Positions 1 to 12,837 of a stretch of DNA of 64,000 nucleotides are shown here, in pieces. Made by a program: the position numbers and the translations under genes. Numbering within the stretch: the stretch's first letter is position 1; every line of letters starts with the position of its first letter. Source of the stretch: Azolla caroliniana. Its lineage: Eukaryota > Plantae > Polypodiophyta. The notes under the pieces are model-generated. The model did no database searches and had not been told where the DNA came from. It worked only from the letters and a program-made list of their open reading frames with translations. The stretch covers positions 6,572,001-6,636,000 of the forward strand of contig JBHGNT010000005.1 of assembly GCA_043228905.1 (NCBI GenBank). Reading direction: 5' to 3'.

Positions 1-1177
1 GCGCGGCGTCCCGGAAGGCATGCGAGGCCAAGCGGGCCAAGAGGATGAGAGTTGGGATGAAGCGGTGACGGGAGTTGCGAAGGACACTGACATGGTGGTC
101 GGGATGACGGTACGCTCTACGGCGAGAGGGCACGTCGAGCGAGGGAGAAGCAAGGAGCGCGTAACGGGGTCACGTAAGGACCAAAGCACGAGCGCGCATT
201 TGATGGACGACAACGACGCACGGAAAGTGCCTATGGAAGCCGAGCGCAGAACGAAGGGAGTCAGTACGAGGTGTTCGGGGCGAGGAGAAGGTCGAGCCGG
301 AGGTGGAACACACGTGATACGCGAGGAGCGGCACCCGGCGAGCAATCGAAGTAATCGGGGGTCTAACCGAAGGACATGCGTGGTGAGCGAAGGAAGGGAG
401 ACCGGATCGGCAACGGTGTTTGGGATGGCCGGTTGAAGAAGAAGGTGCGTGCACCGGACATGGTGGATCGGATGGAGCCGGCGGGTCGGGGCCAGTAAGG
501 AGCCGGCAAGACGGATCGGTGCTGGCAAGGGACCAGCAAGACGGTTGGGTGCCGGTAAGGCGAAAGACCCGGTTGATCACCATCGCCGAAATCTCTCACC
601 CTTTTCCTTTCTTGGCACATACCGGTGGATGTGCGGTTTGGTGGGGGTGGATGTCGTGAAGATTTCCGGCTATAGTGTGAAACCGGGGTGGAATGGGCAA
701 ATCGGTGGAGTGAAACATGTGCACGTGTATACTAGGAAATGGTGTGTAGAAAGAAGAGGGGAATTTTATCCCACATTGTAAGGTTCCCCCTTCCTTGGGC
801 TATAAAATGAAGGGAGGGGTCACTTATGAGGGGTTGCCTATTTTGAGGGAGAGAGGCATACCACTTAGGTCGAGGGTTTCCTATTCGGTTTTAGGGTTTC
901 GGTTAGGGTTTTCTTCTTGGGTTTTCCTTTAAGGTTTTCTTATAGTCGTTTGGTGCGGCCATGGCGGCCACCATTGTTGTAATCATTCACTTGTTTTTAA
1001 TATAGCTTGTTGTGGATCTTGCTTCCACCTATTTTGGTCTACGCTTATGTGCTACTCTTCATCTTCTCATCCGGTGTTAAGCTTCCATTTCTCATATCTT
1101 ATTCTTTCTCCTCTACTCCCTAGTCCAAGACCCCCGTGGTCCCGCCCTTCTACACGCACGCGCGTAACAATGCGACA
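1..1177 (+). mobile_element. 3' part of a long LTR (TGTCG...CGACA-type gypsy group), left end outside the window
   Basis: TATA-like tataaaa lies at ~801. The end CGCGTAACAATGCGACA (1161-1177) matches the reverse complement of the LTR end at 11295. No PBS follows, so this is a solo or 3' LTR. Confidence 0.55.
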
Positions 1178-1379
1178 ACGCGTCTAGCTCCCCTCGGTCA
1201 GCCACGATCTTACCCACACACCCATACTAGCAAATCACATCTTCAATCAGGAACCTTCATACGACTGCGGTGGTCTTGTTTGCTAAGGCCCAACCCTCCA
1301 CCTGGTTCATTAGATCTTCCCTTGCAAGCACCAGGTACTACATCTGTCCTACCCCCATCGAAATCGTCACTAAATCAAC

Positions 1380-3975
1380 CATCGACTTGAAGTGAATGGT
1401 CGGTGGGTAGGTGGAGTGTAGCTCATCGCGGTACCGGATACCAGAATGCATCTGACAGCTTTCGCATGTCGTCATGAAGTGGTGCGGGTCACGATACATC
1501 CCCGACCACCAATACTTCTCCTTCAGCTTCTCGAATGTGGCCCATGTTCCCCAGTGTCCGGACCAGGGGCTTTCGTGAAACTTCTATAGGAGCACCGACC
1601 AGTCTTCTTCCTTCATCACCACTTGGAGCGGTGTGTCGGTCCGTCTCCTCGAGTGCTTCCATATCTTACCGTCCCGTATGAAGAACCGGTAAGCCTTCTT
1701 TCGGATCCAACTCGCTTCATCCTTCGTCCATCCCGCGTCTGTCTTTAATGTGCTCAAGAACTTACCAATCTGGAGCCACTCCCCGTCGTAGTCATTCTCA
1801 TTGAACTTGTTCAGTGCCAGAGTGCTCCGTTTGTTCGCGGAAATTCGAGTCGATCGGAAGAAGTTCACGCCAACTTCTTCGTCTTCTGACACCATGCCAT
1901 CCTCGTTCTTGAACCATGCGATCCACCTGAGCATCGCCAGGTCTGGAGTCGTGTATCTGGAAACCATACCAAGAATCGGTAGACAGTCCGTCTCGATTAT
2001 CACTTCTATCCCCATCAAGTAGTCTTTATCGGCCTTGACCGCAAAAACGATAGCCCAGAGTTTGCGTTTAACCTGGGCGTATCCTCGTTGTCGCTCGCTC
2101 AACACTTTCGCACCAAACCGGATAGGGAACTGCGCATCGTCTTCGTCTTCCTCATTAACCACCCACCGATTTCGGTCGGACTTGTGTCTAGGGTCACGTA
2201 AACCTGAGTATCCGCCTTGTATACCTCTTTCTGGAGAGCCGGTGCCACCGTCAGCTTCTCCTTCAGTCTCTGGACCGCCTCCGTGTGCTCTTTGCTCCAT
2301 TCGAATTTTCGACCCTTCTTTAGTAACTCGTAGAGCAGCTCGGCGGGGTGCACGTAGTTCGGGATCCAGATGTGATAGAAGGTACACGCTCCTAGGAACT
2401 GTCGAACTTCTGTGAATGTCCTACACTCTTCCTTCATCGTAGAGATGGCCTCTGCCTTCGCCGGAGACGGTTTCCGGCCGTATGGCCCACATAGGTGACT
2501 GACCACCAAGATCTCCGATTGTTTGAAAGCCGACTTCTCCATGGAGAAGGTACGTCGAGCTCCCTCGAACTTCTGTAGTATCTTCTCTCAGTTTGAGATG
2601 TGGTCCGCGACAAATCTCCGACATCTGTCCGCCCCGATCGACTCGTCCTTCGTGTCCTCCGGACATCCCTTGATTGGGATGTCATCCAAAAACGGCATGG
2701 TGATTTCCGAGATGTAGTCTCTTAGCACCTTGTTCATTGCATTCACCATGTGCGCTACCGAATTAGTCCCTCCTTGCGGTACGGTACACATCCGAACCAA
2801 GCCGAGAGGAGTTCACATCGTCCTGATATCCCTACTTTTTACGGCTAGCTGGGACTGGTCATAGCCCAAGTATAGGTCATTGACCAAGTAGATCGACCTT
2901 CCGGCGAAGGCCATTGCGAACTCGTCTATCATCGGACAGACCCCTGCATTCCGAATGGTTACCTTGTTGACCGGCTGCAGGTCCTGAATAAAGCGCAGTG
3001 TGCCGTTCTTCTGTGGTACTATAAACCACTGATTCGAGTATAAGGCACTTGATGGTTCGAGGATACCCATATCAACCTTCTTTCTAAGCATCCTCCGAAA
3101 CTGGTCCTCCTCCACCAGTAGTAGGAAGCTACCCCCACCTATCTTTACCTCCCGCAATTTCTCGTTAGTGAACTAGTGCCCTATGCCGGTCGGGATCCCA
3201 TAAACTCAAGTCTATTGCGACCCCTTTCATCTGTTCCCATTTGTCCTCCGACAAGGGAGCCGCGACTGGCCTTACCTTCTAGTCCACAGTCTTGTACTTG
3301 GTGTTTATTAGGGTCGTCCATTCCGACCCGACCATCCTTCCGAAGTCCGCGATGATTTCGTAGATTTCGAGCGAACCGACCGCAATAATGCAGTCTTCGG
3401 GAAGGTCCTCTCCGGCTAACCTCTCGATCTCTCCGAGAATGTCGTCAAATGAGACTGCCTCCATGGCGCCACTGTGTCGTTAGAGCCTAGCATGCCATAC
3501 GCCTTCAAGCGTCCTTCGATCCGCTTCTTCTCCCGGCCACCGATGACGGTTATGGTACAACCTCCATTAGCGAAGGGCCAAAATCCCTTACCTATGGTAC
3601 AGGTGTGGGGTTTCTTTTGGTTGTCTGGACTACCGTGACCCCACGCCTTGATAGTCCTCTCTAAAAATCCTCTCGGCCTTCACCACTGAGAGAATCCCGA
3701 TTCCACTCGTGGTTCGGTTGGACTGCCAAGAACTTAATAGAGTGTTTACCATCCTGGCTCTTCACCCTAGCATAGGGTGAACCATTTCCTAGGACCTTTG
3801 TTTCCATCCGGGCTGCCATGATGTCGCCGAGGATGACCGGATGGGAGGAAGTCGCTTGCACGAAAAAGTGTTGGTCGATTTCAACATCCTCGACCTTCAC
3901 CCGGACATTCGGGCATGCTCCGTGTAGCTCCTACATGGCTCAGGTCGCCGCACTCAAGGGTACCTGTGCCTTCTG
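1380..3975 (-). pseudogene. Degenerate pol (protease, RT, RNase H, integrase Zn-finger) of a non-chromoviral, Ylt1-like Ty3/gypsy element; gag deleted
   Basis: Frameshifted fragments include LRFIQDLQPVN, TVPQGGTNSV, MPFLDDIPIKG, EVRQFLGACTFY and IETDCLPILG. H2C2 remnants lie at ~1450-1580. The sequence jumps from the leader almost directly into protease. Confidence 0.85.
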
Positions 3976-4039
3976 GAGCTCGCTTTGTCTCATCTTCGGA
4001 CTCCTCTACCGCCCACGTTCATGTCGGGTTCGCCAAAGA

Positions 4040-4578
4040 TGTCGTGGTTTTCCGCGTGGATGCACAGAAATGGGACGGGATCACCGAGGTCTCGGACCAA
4101 GGAGCTGGTAATGGAGAATGGTGGCTTGTAACGATGGCCAAATAGCTTCATTGGATTAGCTTCCGGGCGTGTGCCTGATCCGGAACGATTCTTGGATACC
4201 GGCCAGTTAGCACAAGGGCCAAAAGAGGCCTAACGTCCCAGTAGAGAAGGCCAGACAACCGTGATGAGCTCACAAGCTCACAGGCTCGAACACGTGCACA
4301 ACAGGAACATATTGGGATTAAGAACACAAACTCGGGGTGCAGCAAACCACAACAAGTAGGTACCATGCGGGAATACACAAACACAAGAAGAGACGTGACA
4401 ACATTAATGATTTACAGAGAACGAAAGAATACAACCGGACTTGGCCGGTAAGCGGTGCGTCGAGCTACAACCAACGCAAACATAGCTAGAACGATGAAGC
4501 TTTGGTCAGGAGCTCATGGGCTTCTTGCGCGAACAGAGGCTTCACCTTCTTCCTCAGATCAGCACGGAACATAAAACA

Positions 4579-4609
<31 letters not shown>

Positions 4610-4935
4610 CTCGACAGTCAAACCGACAACACTTTGTCCTCCCAATCGTGGATGACTAAAACAGGTTCAAGGCTCCCCTTTTATAGCACAAGGAGAGAAC
4701 GTTACATCGTGATCAATGTCAAAGATTCCCCCTGATTTCTTCGCACCAAATCCCCGTATGCTCTCTATCCGTGTGAGCCTTTAAAGTACCCAGTAAATCC
4801 TACTCCATAGTACTCACTAGTCCTATGCTATTTACATTTGTTTGTACATAACACTTTATTCGTGTGCATTCGTGCACACACACGTTCACGCGCATCCAAC
4901 TCCATTTCTTCCTATGGCCGGAATCCTTCACGACA
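4040..4935 (-). mobile_element. 5' LTR of the Ylt1-like gypsy element
   Basis: Minus-strand termini are TGTCGTGAAGG...CCACGACA, followed by the PBS-like TCTTTGGCGAACCCG. The same arrangement occurs at 57052. It interrupts another element's 3' LTR at 4936. Confidence 0.85.
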
Positions 4936-4965
4936 ATGGGATATTATATGGTCATGCTTGTAACA

Positions 4966-7192
4966 TACTCTTTAAAACATTGCACTCTTGCAATGGAAAG
5001 GTAGGGAAGTTAGTTGTAAGAGTATTTTCATGTTCCCATGTGGCATCTTTTATAGATTTATCCATCCATTTAATTTTAAATTCTCGGATTATTTTAGAAC
5101 GCAATTTTTTTGTTTTAACATAGAGAATTATTTTTGGTACATGTGGTTTAGAAGATAATTCTTCAGAAGTGACCAGAGTTTCAGTTGTCACTGTATTGTC
5201 GCTAGAATCAAGAAGTTGTTTTACACGACTAACATGAAAAATTGGATGGATTTCAACACCATCAAGAAGAGCGAGACAATAGGCTAATGAACCAATGTGT
5301 TTGAGGACTATAAAAGGTCCACAAAACTATGGGTCTAACTTAGCGCACTTACCTGTAGACAATGTCTTAGAATTGTGAGGTACACGTAAAAATACTTTAT
5401 GTCCAGGGTTGAATACACGAGGTTGCCTATTATGATTGGCATAAAAACACGCTCTTTCTTCAGCTATTTTTATATTATCTCGTGCAATATGCAACATATC
5501 TTGCATATCCCGAAGAAAGTTTTGCGTACATCGCAACTCATCATGATGTATATTAACATCAATCGAGCCTCGTGGCTGAAAAGCATACATCAACATAAAA
5601 GGACTATATCCCCTCAATGTATGCATGGAGATGTTATAAGCTAACTCCAAAATTAGGAGATAACGTTCCCATTTTTTGTGTTTTGTACCAACATATGCTA
5701 AGAGCATGTCCTTAATAATTTGATTTACGCGTTTTGTCTGTCCATCGGATTGAGGATGATCCGTGGAGCTCATGCTCAATGTAGTTTCTAACTTCTTAAA
5801 GACTTGCATCCAAAACTCGCGAGTAAACTTCGGATCTCAATCACTCACGATATCCATTGGTAACGCATAAAAACAAAATAACTCATAAATGAATTGGTAA
5901 GCTAATTCAGGAGTTGTTACCGTGGTTTTAGTAGAAATAAATCTGGCCATTTTAGTTAGTCAATCAACCATAACCCAGATGGCATCATGGCCTTTTTGGG
6001 TGCGGGAAAGGCTAACAATATCTAGGATATACTTTCCCACTTATTGTTGGGAATTTCCAAGGGATGTAAAAAGTCCTGACACTAGTGACATTTAGTCACA
6101 TAGCTATGTATGTGAGGACACATGTTAGGCCAATAGAATTGAGTGGAGATGAGAACAAGTGTGCGATGTATTCCAGGGTGCCTTGCTGAGGTTGCATCAT
6201 GGCATTCAAAAAGAATTCTCTTTTTCACCTCAGGCAAATTTGGAACACAAACCTTCCCATTACGGTAGAGCAGACCACTAAGCATGTTAACTTCACGGAT
6301 GTGACTTAGTGCATCAACGATAGTGTTCATGGAACCTTTACGATATTGTATGAAAAAAATAATTTAAGTCATGGATGACATCTGCCCATCGTGCCTTATG
6401 ACATTTAAGGTCTTGTTGGTCAAAGATATATTTCAAGGACTCCTGGTCCGTAGTTACCACAAAACGATTTCCATAAAGATAATGGCGCCATGTCTTGAGC
6501 GCATGAATAACTGCAAATAATTCCTTTTCTTGCATGGTATACCGACACTGAGCAGAATCAAGTTTCTTACTCTCAAATGCTATTGGTTTACCATCTTGAT
6601 ATAGGACAACACCTATAGCATAATCACTTGCATCGGTTTCAACTTGAAAAGGTTTTGAAGGATCTGGTAAAAGAAGTGAAGAAGCCTTTGCACACCAGGG
6701 CTTTCAGTTCCTCAAAGGCGAGGTCTAGTGTAGCATTCCAAACAATAGGTTTTGTAGACTTAAGTGTTTGACCTTTGAGAAGATCAGTAAACAGTGTCTT
6801 CAATTTGAGTAATTATGAAGAAATTTTCGCAAAAACCTGACAAAACCAATGAATGATCGAACTTCTCGAATATTCTGAAGAGTGGGCCAAAGTTTGACTT
6901 TCTCGATGCGAGAAGGATCAATTTCAACTCCTCGTTCGGTTATGAGATGTCCAAGATAAGTAATTGATTTCTTGAAGAGCTCATATTTTGAGATTTTCAC
7001 GTAGAATTGCTTGTCATGCAATGTTTGTAAAATAAAGCGAATGTGTTTAACATGTTCTTCTAACGTACGACTATAAACTAGAATATCATCCAAGAAAATA
7101 ACAACAAATTTTCTAAGTTGTTCTCGGAAAATGTCAATCATTTCTTGTTGAAATGTGGTCGGAGCATTGGTCAAAACGAAAGGCATGACCAA
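4966..7192 (-). pseudogene. RT C-half, RNase H, integrase and chromodomain of the chromovirus (disrupted)
   Basis: Fragments VMPFVLTNAP..FLDDILVYS, QEKELFAVIHALKTWRHYL, HPQSDGQTKRVNQ, and chromodomain FKIKWMDKSIKDATWE. Confidence 0.9.
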
Positions 7193-7670
7193 AAATGTGA
7201 AGAATAGCGTGGAATACTGCTAAGCCAAAATGGAGTCTTGAATCACTTCTATAAGAGTGCAACACAGGAATGGGAATAAACGGACACACAAAAGAGAGTA
7301 CATAGGATGTTTACGTGGAAAACCCTGAATGGGAAAAACCACGGGAGCCCACAGACTCCAACTATCATTATGAAGACAAATGGTACAATCAGAGACTCAG
7401 GGGCAACGACCTCGAGCTCTGTTTCTTCGCCAACCGGCGGTTACAACAAAGTATTTCTCTGTATCTCACACTCTCTCCCTATCGCTCTCTCTATGCAATA
7501 GTTAGGCACATACAACAATATGACAATAACAACAACCTTTTAAAGTGATTGCCCTAAGTCATATTTATAATTATATGAACTTAGGGCTATTTACAAATAT
7601 AGCCTCAATAGGCTTACTCAAAAACATATTTATAGATATGTCTTCTCTTTCGGTCTCCTCCGGTTTCCGG

Positions 7671-9411
7671 TGTTGTGAAGATCCACCAAGGTTCTGGACC
7701 GGAAGGACTCGAAGTACACACTAACTTTCGCGAGAAAGGATTTAAGATAGATTGAGAGAGAGAGAGAGATTGAGATTAAGATTCCAATTTTGAAATAGAT
7801 TGAGAAAGATTGAAATGGAGAGAAAGAGTAAGATTGAACTCTTAACTTTAGATTTGAAGAACAAGATATATCATCAAAAGGATAACAAATTTTCTTCTTA
7901 ATATTAATTTTGATATAAAGTACAATGCTTGATTGATTAATACCTCCCCGTTTTTCCTCTCCATCCACTCTTTTATAGATGACCCCATGCATATTGTTGG
8001 GATATGTCCCTCCAGTGGGAGGAAGATCCGACCATTCGAAAAGCTGACAGTCGAGGAGCCGAGTTGATGAGCGACCGAATGAATAGCCAACTCGGGAGAC
8101 TATACTTGTAAATAGTCTAAGTGTGCGCTCCATGAGGGCTACGTATCTAAATAACCAGAAAGTTGCGTAAGTATATATGCAACTAGGGCAAACTTTTAGT
8201 TTGTGTGTTAGTGAGAAGAACAGAGTAAGAGAATGAGAGAGAGTGTAAGAGAGAGAAGCGTGAGCTGCGCCATAACTGTGTGAGTAACAGCAGACGTGAA
8301 GAGCCCTGTGTGGCTGATACACTCGATAGAGTGTTGTATTCCTCTCGATGTTGTATATCCACTTTGTATAGTGAAGAAATCTATTCACCCGTCGTTTTCC
8401 CCGTTTTAGGGTTTCCACGTAAATCTCTGTGCACCGTTGTTCATCTTGTCTTTTCTTTGGCATATTTCTGTGATTCGTATTTCAGCAGTGTCTGTTCATT
8501 GTGATTTATATTCCGCAACGATTACTCAACACATATGATTCTTGTGAGGGTGCAAGACATACATGAGATGCATGTTTGCCACTTGGCGCTCATGTATTAC
8601 ATGTGATGCATGATAACCATGTCACTCAATCGAGCTCTAACATGAAAGTTTACATGTGAAAGTATAATGATAGTAAAATTTTTTTTAAAGACATGAGTTG
8701 GCTTAGTGGTAAGTTCATTGCCTCCTATCTTGGAGGTGCAAGGTTCAAGCCTTGCTTGCATCCCTTTGATTACAAATTTCTAATGGGTTTTTTAGTCTAG
8801 ATGATTTTGTCCATTTCACACTGAAATCGTCGCGATCAACCTATCTGATCGATCCTTCTGTCCGGTCCACTTCCGACCCGGTGATCCGATCCGTTTCTGA
8901 CACGGTGATCCGGTCTATCCATTCCGATTCCAGTTTTGTTGCCGTCCGTCCGTTCCGATTCTAGTTCTGTTGTCGTCCGATGCTGGTGTCGGTTCCGGCT
9001 CTATTGTTGTACGGTTCTGGTTCCGCCAAAACCATTACGAGTAGTTAAGCCACAATTTAGCCCAAGAACATTCTGTGCTCCACACATAAACAAAAGGTAA
9101 TAACTTCTAGCTTTGCTTATATACTGTAGGAGCCTGACTTGTCCTATCTATGTGGGATATCTCACCGTTTTTGTTTTCCTCTTCTTCTTCTCAAACTTCA
9201 CACTCACATAACTTGACACTAATTTGTCCATTTCACATGTAGTAAAATGCATTCAGAAGCTCTTGAAGACCTCCATCATCTCATACCAAGATATTAAGCT
9301 AATCTAAAATAGTATCTTCTCTATTATTGTTTCATGTCTCGTGTGAAGAACCACACTCGATTTTGTACATTCCATGCAATTTTCACACCATTGCAGAAAA
9401 TCTTCACGACA
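7671..9411 (-). mobile_element. Solo LTR of the TGTCG...CGACA gypsy group nested in the copia LTR
   Basis: Inverted termini TGTTGTGAAGAT / ATCTTCACGACA, with flanks CCGG and CTGG. 8530-8680 resembles 11795-11935. Confidence 0.65.
7726..8520 (+). mobile_element. Probable solo LTR nested in 7671-9411
   Basis: Degenerate ends TTTCGCG...CGCAACG. The U5-like CCCGTCGTTTTCCCCGTTTTAGGGTTTCCACG resembles the copia LTR U5 in this window. The TSD is imperfect. Confidence 0.5.
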
Positions 9412-9487
9412 CTGGATCTCTTCCAATTCTCATCGGGTCCTCTTTATTCATCACCGGATCCCATCCGGAGAGACCGATTTCCCAACA

Positions 9488-10990
9488 CAAAAACTCATAA
9501 TGGCCATAGTGCGTACGAAATGTTGTTTTAGGAACATCTTCCTCACTTATATGAATTTGATGGTAGCCCGTACAAAGATCAAGTTTCATAAAATACCGAG
9601 CTCCCTGGAGACGATCAATTAAATTGTCAGCCTAAGGCCATGGATATGAATTCTTGATCATCATTTTATTCAAGCGTCGGTAATTGATACACATACTCCA
9701 TGTGCCCTCTTTCTTTTTTACCAAGAGAACAAGTGCACCCCATAGAGATTTACTATAACGTATATAACCCATTCGTAAATAGTCCTTGAGTTGCTTAGAT
9801 ACCTCATCCTCTTTGGATCGACTTAAGCCATAAGGAGGTATACTTATTGGTGCAACACCAGGTACAATATCTATATGATGGTCTATATTACGTTTAGGAG
9901 GTAACCCATTTGGTAGTTCACTCGGGAAAACATCGCGAAAATCATTAAAGATTTCATCGAGTTGTTGTTGGTCAAAATATGATAATTAACCCGAGACATT
10001 ATCGATATTATAAACGTGAATGTTCGGACCAAGTACACAATAAAATAAAGAAGAACAAGACAACTTAGATATTGATGGATATGAAACAATCAAATGAGAA
10101 TGTTTATTTACACATTGAATCGTTTAGTACAAAGGTAATGGAATGGTGAACCCAATCAATAGATAAAGAAGAGTTTTTATTATAAAACCAGGGATAACCT
10201 AGTATGACATCAGTGGTACAAAGATTCATTACATGGAAGTCTACTTCCTCAATAGAAATTCCTAATGAATGAATCACCACGTTGATGTATTGTACTCTTC
10301 CATCGGCCAAGTGTACCTTATAGGTCTGATCACTTACGGTGGGTTGGATTCCCCATATATGAACCAAACGAACATTCACAAAGTTGTGTGAGCTTCTCGA
10401 ATCAAATAAAAATTGTAAGGGAGATCCATTGATACACCCGTTTGCACGAAATAATTCATTGGGTCCCAATACATAGTGAGAGAAGGAACATTTACAATTA
10501 CTTAAATGATGTGTATAGACCTGAAGGACCTTCGGAATCTTACCTTTTTGGTCTGCAGGTTTTGTTTTGTTGTCGTGCTCTTTTCATTGGAGCTTTCGAC
10601 GTTGCTCTTTTGTATGACCCTTCTTAAATTTGTAGAATACGCAAAAAGGATTATGTCGCTTACAATCGCGATCCATGAATTCGTTGGGTGTCTTGCGTTT
10701 CCCAGCAAATTAGGATTGCTTCGTACCGAGCGCTTCGTTGGGTTTGTTATGGTCCTTCTTCAAAGTGTGTTGATAGAGAAGAACTCAACGGCCTCTTCAA
10801 AGGATTTGGGATCCTTATCGTGCACTATCCAATGATAGTCCAAATTGGGGATGCCATTGACAAAACAAGCTATCAACCAATTGTCCCCTTCTACACCCGA
10901 TTTTTGGATTTGGGTTCTAACATGGTGAACATAGTCTTCTAGCGAGGAAAACTTCCTGTTAGGGAGGTTCATTAAAGCTTGTGCTGCCTC
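9488..10990 (-). pseudogene. gag remnant, aspartic protease and RT N-half of the chromovirus (disrupted)
   Basis: Protease motif LFDSRSSHNFV and RT KLDLCTGYHQIHI..KTTFRTHYGHYEFL, with many stops. Confidence 0.85.
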
Positions 10991-11294
10991 GGTTCCAGAT
11001 GGAGGTTTGCAGAAATTGGCCCTTGAAAATTGTCACAAATTTTGTTCAGGTATCAGCCAATTTCCCCAAAGTGCAGAGCCCACGTCACCAGGTAGCGGCG
11101 GCCTTACCCCCTAGTTCTCGAACGACATATGCAATCTTCATACTATTTGGCTTGGGATACAGCTCAAAATGAGACTCCCATGGGCCCAACCACGTGCAAA
11201 TTGCTTCTTCGGTTCTTTCCTTTTTCTCTCCCATAAATGGCTTTAAGACAAATGGTTGGGTCTATTAGTACCATGTTGTATACTAATGACACGT

Positions 11295-12123
11295 TGTCGC
11301 GTTGTTACGCGCTGTTGGAGTGGTTGTGGTTCATGCAACGAAGTCGCAAGGACTAAGGTTAAGGGGAGTTGAAGGAACTTTTATAAGGCTTGCGCAGAAA
11401 TGTTAGGAAGATTAAGGATAAGAAGAATAAGAGTTTAAAGTAATGTGTGTGAGAGAAAGACGAGTATAAATAAAAGATAGAGACAATGTATGATTCAAGA
11501 AGCAAGATAGAGACAAAGTATGATTTAAGAAAAAAAAGTATATGATATGAACATTATGTATATTATGAATACAAGATTTTACCAACTTTACAATGCTTGA
11601 TAACAAGATGAAACCCTTCTCTACCGACTCTTGATTTGAACCCTCGACTTCAACTCCAAGAGACAAGACACTTCCCCAAATGTGCTAGCTTCTTTGCTTA
11701 ATTATATTATTTGATTTATTACTTTCTCTTCTTGATTACCCTATTTTCCCCTTCCTTCATCCCTTAATTCCTTGCCTCTCTTTATAAGTTCTCTCATGCA
11801 TATGATGATATGGGGGTTGCATGGCATGCATGATCGCCATTTGGCGCACATGCTTTACATGTGATCCATGATAGCCATCATGCTCATCTAAGCTCTAATG
11901 TAAGATACACATGTCATAGGTATGATGATAAAAATATAACTATAGAAAATAACTTATCATAATGGTATATGTTTTGTCCTTGGTGTGTGAGGTTATGGGT
12001 TCAAGTCTCTCAAATGTTACTTAATACAATATTGAAGTTTATTTTTATATTGTGAAGGACATTCTTCACGACACCGCATGCGTTATACCTGGTTTTCGCC
12101 TAAGGACGGTTTTCTCCACGACA
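11295..12123 (-). mobile_element. Solo (possibly chimeric) LTR of the TGTCG...CGACA gypsy group
   Basis: Ends TGTCGCG (11295) and CCACGACA (12123), with 4-bp TSD ACGT at 11291-11294 and 12124-12127. A second internal terminus TTCACGACA is at 12073. Confidence 0.7.
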
Positions 12124-12715
12124 ACGTGCCTCGAGAGCACTATGAGATTTCCAAAGTTGGACACGTGATTACATATGCATATATGACATAATACAACATC
12201 ATTGAATCAATGAAAGAAAACACATGTTAACTATACATGATTAGATTGGGAGAAGAAAGAATAGAAAAAAAAAAAGAGTTACCGAAGTTCCTTTGTTGAT
12301 AGCTATCCATATCAAGCTCAATCGTACATCGATCGATCGCCATCCAACAAGACAAAAAAACAATCAACAATAGAAACATTAGAAACATGGCTCTGATACC
12401 AATTGCTAGAGCTTAGAGCTACTAATGTAAGCATATGATAAGGATAAAAGATAGATAAATAAGAAAGGAGAGAGCGAAAGAAGGGTGGTTATCCACCCGA
12501 CCACCCCCGAGCGAAGGGATCGAGATGGACTCAAGCCTCGATTTGAGTCCCATACCACCATTGTGGCGCTGACTCATACCTGGTGCTAACGCGCTGCGCT
12601 CACTACAAGAGTTGCCCACCACAATGTTAGAGTCTCAATGTAGTCGATAATGTGTCCAATGAGGGTAGTTAGGCCTCATATTTTTAGCTAGACCTAAGGG
12701 CCCCAAGCCTAATGG

Positions 12716-12802
12716 TGTTGAAGACAAGGCCGTGTCGATGCGGAAGATCAAATAGCATTCGATTAGGGTTGAATACCTGCGTATGACAGTTTCTAAGATC
12801 GC

Positions 12803-12837
<35 letters not shown>

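Larger units (their letters stand above)
7196..9487 (-). mobile_element. Solo copia-type LTR (related to the 29911/44596 LTRs) inserted in RT, itself interrupted
   Basis: Minus-strand start TGTTGGGAAATCGGTCTCTCCGGATGGGAT resembles 29911. 7550-7606 is the reverse complement of the TATA region at ~30172-30230. CAAAAA is duplicated at 7190-7195 and 9488-9493 within the HYEFL/VMPF codons. Confidence 0.75.

Noticed and set aside
20-781. Short overlapping ORFs at the window start
   Set aside because: They lie in probable LTR U3 sequence and show no domain similarity.
7630-8463. 277-aa minus-strand ORF
   Set aside because: It runs across nested LTR junctions and microsatellites, with no recognisable domain.
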